From: Verrucomicrobiota bacterium
Lineage (GTDB): Bacteria > Verrucomicrobiota > Verrucomicrobiia > Limisphaerales > AAA164-E04
Length of the DNA stretch: 64,000 nucleotides
Direction of reading: 5' to 3'
NCBI GenBank assembly: GCA_047947115.1
Contig: CP170459.1
Coordinates: 3,488,001 to 3,552,000 of the forward strand
A model generated the notes under the pieces. That model made no database searches, was not told where the DNA came from, and worked only from the letters and a program-made list of their open reading frames with translations. Both the position numbers and the translations under genes were made by a program. Every line of letters begins with the position of its first letter. The stretch's first letter is position 1. Below, piece after piece: positions 57,585-64,000 of the stretch.

Positions 57585-57736
57585 GCCCCAAGGTTCTACC
57601 CACGGAACCGGGGCTCGTCACGCTTTTAGAAATTTTTGTCAGGATTCTGGCCTGTCATGCGTTTGGTTCTTTGAATACTGTCTCAAGTCTGTGTTTTGTG
57701 GGACACATTTATTTCAGGTTAAGAGACATTGCACGT

Positions 57737-58267
57737 ATGCAATTACAGGAAACTCAAATACTTCAATGCCTCATGGAGGCGCGTATCAGATTATCAGCTG
57801 CAGCCTGGTTGGTAACTCGGGACGCACATGCGGCTGAGGATGTCTTTCAGAACATGGCATTGAAGGCGATCACTCGGAAGGTTGTGTTTGAGAATGAATC
57901 CGCCTTGCTGTCCTGGGCCTTTATCGTGGTGCGACGTGAAGGTATTGACTGGCTTCGCCGTCATCAACGCATCACCTTGGAGATGGATGATGAGCTGGTT
58001 GATCTTTTGAACCAGGATTGGGTCGCGAAGCAAAAGCATGCCCCGGCCGGAGGTAGGCTTGAGGCTTTGTCACAATGTCTGGAATCCTTGCCCGAAAAAT
58101 CCAGGTCATTGCTCAATTTGAAATATTTCGAAGGACTCAATGGCAGCGAAATGGCGGCCCGGATAGGCATTGACCTGAACGCCGTCTATAAAAGGTTGTC
58201 CCGGTTGCACCATGCCTTGCGACAATGTGTGGAACGAAAGATGGAATCAGCGTGTTCGAAATCTTAA
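57737..58267 (+). CDS. ECF sigma factor (Rhodopirellula/Verrucomicrobium-type)
   Basis: AAEDVFQN, LSQCLESLPEKSRSLLNLKY, AVYKRLSRLHHALRQCVE. Confidence 0.9.
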   Translation: MQLQETQILQCLMEARIRLSAAAWLVTRDAHAAEDVFQNMALKAITRKVVFENESALLSWAFIVVRREGIDWLRRHQRITLEMDDELVDLLNQDWVAKQKHAPAGGRLEALSQCLESLPEKSRSLLNLKYFEGLNGSEMAARIGIDLNAVYKRLSRLHHALRQCVERKMESACSKS

Positions 58268-58283
58268 TGTACTTTGATGCCAT

Positions 58284-59636
58284 ATGAACGAGGAATCATC
58301 TCAACTTGAAACTTTGATTCGTTACCTGGACGGAAATTGCACTTCATCCGAGGAGGCGGTCGTGGTGGAGATGCTCAAAAGGGACGCAAGCGCTCGTCGA
58401 TTGCTGAGTGAATTATGCGAACAGGCTGTTTCGGTGGCGGATCTGACTCGAACACATGCCATTACCCAGGGCAAAGATACAGTGAGATTGTTCCCATCAG
58501 GAACGGCTGATGTTTTAAAGCCCAATAGCTTTCGAAAAGCGGGCGGAAAGGTGGCGGTTTTTGCCGGGGTGGCTGCCTTGCTGATGATTGCCGGGCTTTC
58601 CTGGAAGAGCGTGTTTGACAGTCAAGAAGCAAAACCCCTGCTCACCATATCGGGTAGCAACAGCGCCTGCCAGATTCTGACAAGGTTTGGCCAGGTGAAA
58701 ACCCGGCTGGAAAAGGGGCGATCCGTTCAGATTGGTGAAACACTTGAATCTCAATGCAGTGATTCATTCCTCAAACTCAGACTGGGGAAGCGTTCTGGAA
58801 TCACCATGGCAGGGTATGCCTACCTGCAGCAAATGGAACAAAATGACAGTTTTCCTCTTTTTAATTTCCCTCACGGAAGCTTGTGGGCTGAAATTGAGCC
58901 CGACAAAGATTTTGATGCCCTGAGGATACAAACGACGAGCGCCACTTTTGAGTTTCGAAAGGCCCAGTTTGACCTTCAAACCAAGCGGGGAAACACCCGG
59001 CTCCGGATGAATGAAGGAGAAGCCAAAGTCATGCGACTTGTGGATCAATCCACCTTGACCATTGGCAAGGGGCAGATGGTTGAGATCACTTCTCAAGCCG
59101 ATAAGCCTCTTCTTGCGTTGGATCAGCCAAAACCTGTTCTGCAATGGCAGTTTCATCAGCTAAAAGGTCCAGATATTCTTCTGGGTGAAACGCGAGCCAC
59201 CTTGAAACCTGGATACGCCAATATACAGGCCGCACCCCTGCCTTGGAGAATTGCGGAGCATCAACACATCATGCTGTATGCGGCTGCCTTTTCTGTATCG
59301 CGTAGTAGTCCCAATCCCGTTTTGCTCAAGGACGGGTCAAGGATTCGCTATCAATTCAGCTATGACAAAAAAATACCCATCCGATTTGGTTTCAGTACGC
59401 AACGGATGCAGGGAGTTTTCGCCGGAAAATATGAAACCGATGTCAGTCATGACATGATCCAGTCTGAAGGTGATATATATCAAGTAGACCTGAGTTTGGG
59501 CCGATTCCGACCATTGCAAGCCAACCAGCCGCTTTCTCCTGAAGGTTTGGAAATCAATGATATCTACGCCCTAACCATTCAGGAGGATGCAGGCTTGCAC
59601 ATTCATTGGATTGAAATACTACCGCCCGAACGATGA
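58284..59636 (+). CDS. FecR-like membrane anti-sigma factor
   Basis: LIRYLDGNCT N-terminus, one TM, FecR-like HGSLWAEI...LRIQTTSA...RLRMNEGEAKV; follows the ECF gene. Confidence 0.75.
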   Translation: MNEESSQLETLIRYLDGNCTSSEEAVVVEMLKRDASARRLLSELCEQAVSVADLTRTHAITQGKDTVRLFPSGTADVLKPNSFRKAGGKVAVFAGVAALLMIAGLSWKSVFDSQEAKPLLTISGSNSACQILTRFGQVKTRLEKGRSVQIGETLESQCSDSFLKLRLGKRSGITMAGYAYLQQMEQNDSFPLFNFPHGSLWAEIEPDKDFDALRIQTTSATFEFRKAQFDLQTKRGNTRLRMNEGEAKVMRLVDQSTLTIGKGQMVEITSQADKPLLALDQPKPVLQWQFHQLKGPDILLGETRATLKPGYANIQAAPLPWRIAEHQHIMLYAAAFSVSRSSPNPVLLKDGSRIRYQFSYDKKIPIRFGFSTQRMQGVFAGKYETDVSHDMIQSEGDIYQVDLSLGRFRPLQANQPLSPEGLEINDIYALTIQEDAGLHIHWIEILPPER

Positions 59637-62600
59637 TTGGATGGACGTATATGACCCATTTAAGGGGGAACAAATTGAACACCCTACGGAAGCGTGTGAA
59701 TTGCTCGAAACCTCCATTTCCTCCGAATAAATTTCGAGACCATGCATTTTTCCGTCAGAAAACCCTTTGTTTGACCGTTTCAACATCACAGCGAATGAAA
59801 CTAAAAGAACTTTTACATTCAGATATTGGAGTGCGTGTCCTGGGAGCTGTTCCTAGGGGTGTCCGATTTGTGAAGATCCATAGCCTGGTTCGCTCATGGT
59901 TTCTTGCCCCGGTAGCCATGCTGCTGTTTTCGGTGGTCTCCCATGCCGAACAGATTGGATTCGACACAAATGCCATGAGGGAGCCTTTAGGGTTTACCCA
60001 GTTTTTGAGTCCGCATGTGAATCCCATCATTGTTCAGGGGAAACATGTTTATGTGGTGAACACTCCTTCAGGGACGGTCGATGTGATCGATGCTACCTCG
60101 CTGGAAGTGGTTGATCGTATTCCAGTAGGATTGGAACCTGTCAGCTTGGCCTGTCGTCCGGATGGTCAGGAGATTTGGGTATCCAATCATGTTTCCGATT
60201 CGGTGAACGTGATTGATATCAATCCAAGCCGCTCAACCTGTCACGCGGTCATTGCCACGATTCAGGATTTGGATTTTCAAACCAAATCAACCCGGTCCGA
60301 TGAACCCGTTGGCATTGCATTTGCCAATAACGAAAAGGCTTATATAGCATTTTCTTCGGAAAACAAAATTGGTGTGGTGGATATCACAACCCGGAGAATT
60401 ACCGGCTATTTAAAGATTCCCGCCCAGGATCCGCGCGCCATAGCCGTGCGCCATGGCAAGCTCTTCGTGATTCCATTTGAGTCGGGTAACAAATCCCAGT
60501 TGTCTGGAGGCACGGGGAAATTGGATGCCCCTTATGAGACATTTGATGCCTGGGAACACTCCATCGCCCATAACAACGTGCTTTCCATCGGGCACGTGGT
60601 GGACATTGCGAAGCACCCGAACGTGCCGGACAAGGATCTTTTTGTATTTGATGTTGAAACCGACACGCTGCTTGCCACCGTTGAATCCCTGGGCACTTTG
60701 CTTTATGGATTGGCTGTGGATTCAGCCGGGACCGTTTACATCACACAAACGGATGCCAGGAATGACGCCAATGGTCGATCCGGCACAGAAAAGCATGGTC
60801 TGGATGAAATGGAAAACCGGGCCTTTCTCAATCGCATCACCAAAATTCAATTCGATAAGGCATCAAAAGCCGAAGTCAGCTTTATCGAACTCGAACCACT
60901 GCCTCCAGATCATCCTGACAGAGAGATGGCATTGGCCACACCCTATGCCATTCAGATTTCTGGTGATGACCGAACATTACTGGTAACGGCCTCGGGCTCC
61001 GACAAGGTGTTTTCCGTGGAAACGGAGACTGGAAACATTTTGGGGCGGACAGACACTGGATCGGTACCCGAAGGTTTGGCTTTGGAATGTTCCGAGGATG
61101 GAAAACCTCGACGAGGCTGGGTCTTGGACGCTGTGGGCAATTCAGTGAGCATCTTTGATGTCGAGAATCCTTCTGATTTAAAGCAGCTGGCAAACATCGA
61201 ATTGATCGATCCTACTCCTTCCAAAATTAAAAAGGGCAGGGCAGCCTTTGAAACAGCATCTGCTTCCACAACCGCTACGTTTTCCTGTGCGAGTTGTCAT
61301 CCGAACGGTCATACCGACCAGTTGTTGTGGGTTTTGAAAACACCTGTGGTGACTGGAGGAAACCAAATCATGCCGAGATCAACCATGCCGATCAGGGGCC
61401 TGCGCGATACGGAACCCTACCATTGGGATGGGATTCCAGGCGATCCCTACGGCGGCATTCATTCCGCCAGCGTTCGCAAGGCGGTTCCACCCAACAGTGA
61501 GTTGGGCAAACCCGAGACGAGTGCACGTCATTTGATTGACGGCGGCCTGGAAGGAACGATGCGATTACAGAGTGATACGCGTAGCAATGATGAAGGGAAA
61601 TTAGGTGAATTGTCCAAAGCAGAACGGGATGCCATGGCCGAGTTCATTCTGTCCGTCAGCTATCCTCCGGCACAACGGCGCGCCTTTGACGATCAGCTCT
61701 CGAGTCGTGCGCGCCGGGGGTTTGATCTGTTCCATGTCCGTGGTGACAATGATCCGGGAAAACCGCGTCCCAATGTCTGTGGTGATTGTCATCGCATGCC
61801 TTACTGGGTGAGCACGAATACTCCGGGTACCGGAATGGATGCACCCACTTGGCGCGGTGCTTATGATCGTTGGCTGATCTTGCCCCAAGGACGCCTGAAT
61901 ATCATCGATTTTAATTTTTATGGGGACATCGCCGATCAGGGAGTGCCCGAGGAAAAATTATGGCGATTCTCGTGGGGAGGACGTGAGCGGTTTCATCCCG
62001 TCTGGGACATGGTGCTGGAAGGGAGTACCGGTTACTCCGGTGCGCTGGGACGGCAGTGGACCATGGATCAATCCACCGTGAAATCACCCATGAACGACCT
62101 TCTCCTGGATGCGTTGGAGCAGAGTGATCGAGCCGGAAGTACGGTGCTTCAAATGGAGGGGGTTGTCACAGGCGATCAGGGCAGCATGAAATTATCCCTC
62201 AGTTATCAGCCGGTGGGTGAGGAAGGTGTTTATGTCACCTCGGATGGAGCTCGAACAGTGTACTCCAGAGATCATCTGACGCAACTCGCTCTCAATGGAG
62301 CATTGACAGGTACCTTCACGGCGAGACCCCCCAAGGGTTTGAATGGCCGGCAAATTCAGCCGGCATTGTGGACGCGTGGCCCCATTCAGAAGCAACGGGG
62401 CAGGCAGGATTTTCCGGTGGTTTACCCAGCATCATTATCCATGGAATTCAGTGGTCGGCATATCCGGGCGGATGCGGAATGGCTGGTTGATGGGAGCCCC
62501 GCCAAAGGCAACTGGAACATGTCCGGAGAGGATGTGTCACTCACACTGGATCAACTGCCCGAACCGGGTTTGCATTTTCTGCAGGTGATGAATCCTGAAG

Positions 62601-63088
62601 GCTTATTGAGCAATGAATTTCTATTTCACGTATCCCTCGAAAAACCAAGCAAACGGATACCCAAGTCCGATAGTCTGGCCGCCAAATTGAGAGAAAAAGG
62701 CTGGGACCGTCTCATTGGGACATGGGTGGATGTGCACAGTGGAGGTAAGGATCTCAAGACCATGTTCGCTTGGAAATTGAAGGATCGGTCCATTGACATC
62801 ACCACCTGGGAGAATCACAAGACCACCGTTTCCTTCATGGCAATGAATGCCCAAAGCAAGGATGTGTTTCAGGTCGGAACAGATAGCCTTGGGGGAAGTT
62901 TTCTTGGCTCTTGGAATTTTGAAGATCGTTCGAAGGCGGTGTTTAATTTGGGTTTTACCAGCCCTGAAGGTGAAGATGGCAGGCTGTCCATCTCCTACAG
63001 ATTCAAATCGGATGACCTGCTGGAATTGACCTTGGGATTTCCTGAGCCGATCCGGTTACAAATGGAAAGAGTCAAAAGAGGGAAATAA
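59633..63088 (+). CDS. YVTN/YncE beta-propeller fused to a di-heme cytochrome c (peroxidase/MauG-like) domain
   Basis: VYVVNTPSGTVDVID, IPVGLEPVSLA, two heme motifs CASCH and CGDCH, PYHWDG. The true start is probably downstream of 59633. Confidence 0.8.
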   Translation: MIGWTYMTHLRGNKLNTLRKRVNCSKPPFPPNKFRDHAFFRQKTLCLTVSTSQRMKLKELLHSDIGVRVLGAVPRGVRFVKIHSLVRSWFLAPVAMLLFSVVSHAEQIGFDTNAMREPLGFTQFLSPHVNPIIVQGKHVYVVNTPSGTVDVIDATSLEVVDRIPVGLEPVSLACRPDGQEIWVSNHVSDSVNVIDINPSRSTCHAVIATIQDLDFQTKSTRSDEPVGIAFANNEKAYIAFSSENKIGVVDITTRRITGYLKIPAQDPRAIAVRHGKLFVIPFESGNKSQLSGGTGKLDAPYETFDAWEHSIAHNNVLSIGHVVDIAKHPNVPDKDLFVFDVETDTLLATVESLGTLLYGLAVDSAGTVYITQTDARNDANGRSGTEKHGLDEMENRAFLNRITKIQFDKASKAEVSFIELEPLPPDHPDREMALATPYAIQISGDDRTLLVTASGSDKVFSVETETGNILGRTDTGSVPEGLALECSEDGKPRRGWVLDAVGNSVSIFDVENPSDLKQLANIELIDPTPSKIKKGRAAFETASASTTATFSCASCHPNGHTDQLLWVLKTPVVTGGNQIMPRSTMPIRGLRDTEPYHWDGIPGDPYGGIHSASVRKAVPPNSELGKPETSARHLIDGGLEGTMRLQSDTRSNDEGKLGELSKAERDAMAEFILSVSYPPAQRRAFDDQLSSRARRGFDLFHVRGDNDPGKPRPNVCGDCHRMPYWVSTNTPGTGMDAPTWRGAYDRWLILPQGRLNIIDFNFYGDIADQGVPEEKLWRFSWGGRERFHPVWDMVLEGSTGYSGALGRQWTMDQSTVKSPMNDLLLDALEQSDRAGSTVLQMEGVVTGDQGSMKLSLSYQPVGEEGVYVTSDGARTVYSRDHLTQLALNGALTGTFTARPPKGLNGRQIQPALWTRGPIQKQRGRQDFPVVYPASLSMEFSGRHIRADAEWLVDGSPAKGNWNMSGEDVSLTLDQLPEPGLHFLQVMNPEGLLSNEFLFHVSLEKPSKRIPKSDSLAAKLREKGWDRLIGTWVDVHSGGKDLKTMFAWKLKDRSIDITTWENHKTTVSFMAMNAQSKDVFQVGTDSLGGSFLGSWNFEDRSKAVFNLGFTSPEGEDGRLSISYRFKSDDLLELTLGFPEPIRLQMERVKRGK

Positions 63089-63132
63089 GGTTCGATGAGT
63101 GACCCGGCAACGAGTCTTTCAAAAAGAATGCC

Positions 63133-63543
63133 ATGAAACCATTAGCAAACACGAAATTGCCATACCTGTTGGTCGGATTACTCGCTTTGGGAGTTGCGTG
63201 GTGGTTGATGGGACGTGAAACCACCGAACCCATTCCGGTGTTCAAAGATGAAGCCGAAGCACGGACTTACCTTGGATCACAGGTGGCCGACGGTCACATG
63301 ACCCAGGTGGAGGCTCAGTTAAGGCTGGCAGAATCCATCTCCACCATCAAGAAACGGGATCGAAAAGCCGACTGGCAAAAGGCATTCGCTGAAAAAATGA
63401 AAGAAACCATGAATGAAAGGAATGTCTCTGAGGAGGAAGCCAAGGAGATGTTGACGGAAGATTTGAAGAATCGAAAAGGTAAAAGTAAAGCGAAATCTGG
63501 CGCCGAGAAGAAGAAGGTCGATGGTAATCCAGAAACAAAATAA
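63133..63543 (+). CDS. Hypothetical membrane-anchored Lys/Glu-rich protein
   Basis: 136-aa ORF with an N-terminal TM, in operon position. Confidence 0.65.
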   Translation: MKPLANTKLPYLLVGLLALGVAWWLMGRETTEPIPVFKDEAEARTYLGSQVADGHMTQVEAQLRLAESISTIKKRDRKADWQKAFAEKMKETMNERNVSEEEAKEMLTEDLKNRKGKSKAKSGAEKKKVDGNPETK

Positions 63544-63592
63544 AGAATCATCTGTCTGATCGAAGGTTTTACCCTTCCTTCATGAAAGTCAC

Positions 63593-64000
63593 ATGCATAC
63601 TTTCGAACCAAACAAATCCAAAAAAGGGATCGAATCAGCATTCACTCTCATTGAGCTTTTGGTGGTGATTGCCATCATCGGAGTGCTGGCGGGTATTTTG
63701 CTGCCATCATTGTCCAAAGCCAAAGCACGCGCCAAGCGGACCCAGTGTCTGAGTCAGGTGAGGCAGATTCAACTTGCCGTCCGGATGTACGCTGATGATC
63801 ATGACGACCACCTCCCGCCGCGTTCGTATCAGTCCGGGGCGGTCTGGATGGATTTATTGCAATCCTACTATCAAAACCGGGGGATCTTGCATTGCCCCGT
63901 GGATCGGGGAGAGGTCGAAACCAGTTACTTGTTCAACGGATTTCTGGACTATTTCGCGGTTGAATCTTTCCAGGGAGATTGGAATGCGTTCTTCGGTGCT
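63593..64000 (+). CDS. Prepilin-type N-terminal cleavage/methylation domain protein (DUF1559-like, partial)
   Basis: Not in the ORF track: [69 protein letters not shown]...LHCPVD. Confidence 0.9.
   Translation, partial: MHTFEPNKSKKGIESAFTLIELLVVIAIIGVLAGILLPSLSKAKARAKRTQCLSQVRQIQLAVRMYADDHDDHLPPRSYQSGAVWMDLLQSYYQNRGILHCPVDRGEVETSYLFNGFLDYFAVESFQGDWNAFFGA

Overview
Bacterial chromosomal window whose gene content points to Verrucomicrobia/PVC: a TIGR03790-like protein, LamG/PA14 surface proteins, CRTAC1/ASPIC-UnbV proteins, an ECF sigma-FecR-prepilin cassette and fused ccoNO. This taxonomic call is inference. Housekeeping genes are recN, cysK, purS/Q/L, polA, a cbb3 oxidase operon (ccoI-S-NO-Q-P) and an RND efflux operon. 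Four observations stand out. (1) Two apparent ORFs (18930-20825 and 17079-18737, minus strand) are one reading frame interrupted by a single in-frame TGA that is immediately followed by a textbook bacterial SECIS-like hairpin, suggesting a ~1248-aa FG-GAP/ASPIC-thioredoxin-TPR selenoprotein. (2) A ~177-bp element bounded by inverted GGAG-headed REP-like hairpins occurs as a 6.7-copy tandem array (189-bp period) and as a diverged solo copy 9 kb away. (3) Two 15-bp hairpins 37 kb apart share the loop AAUAA(A)CCGUGUGU, one in a gene leader and one in a candidate small RNA. (4) An ECF sigma / vWA anti-sigma-like / 2384-aa repetitive LysM membrane protein operon is present. All family assignments are by motif recognition; no database search was run.
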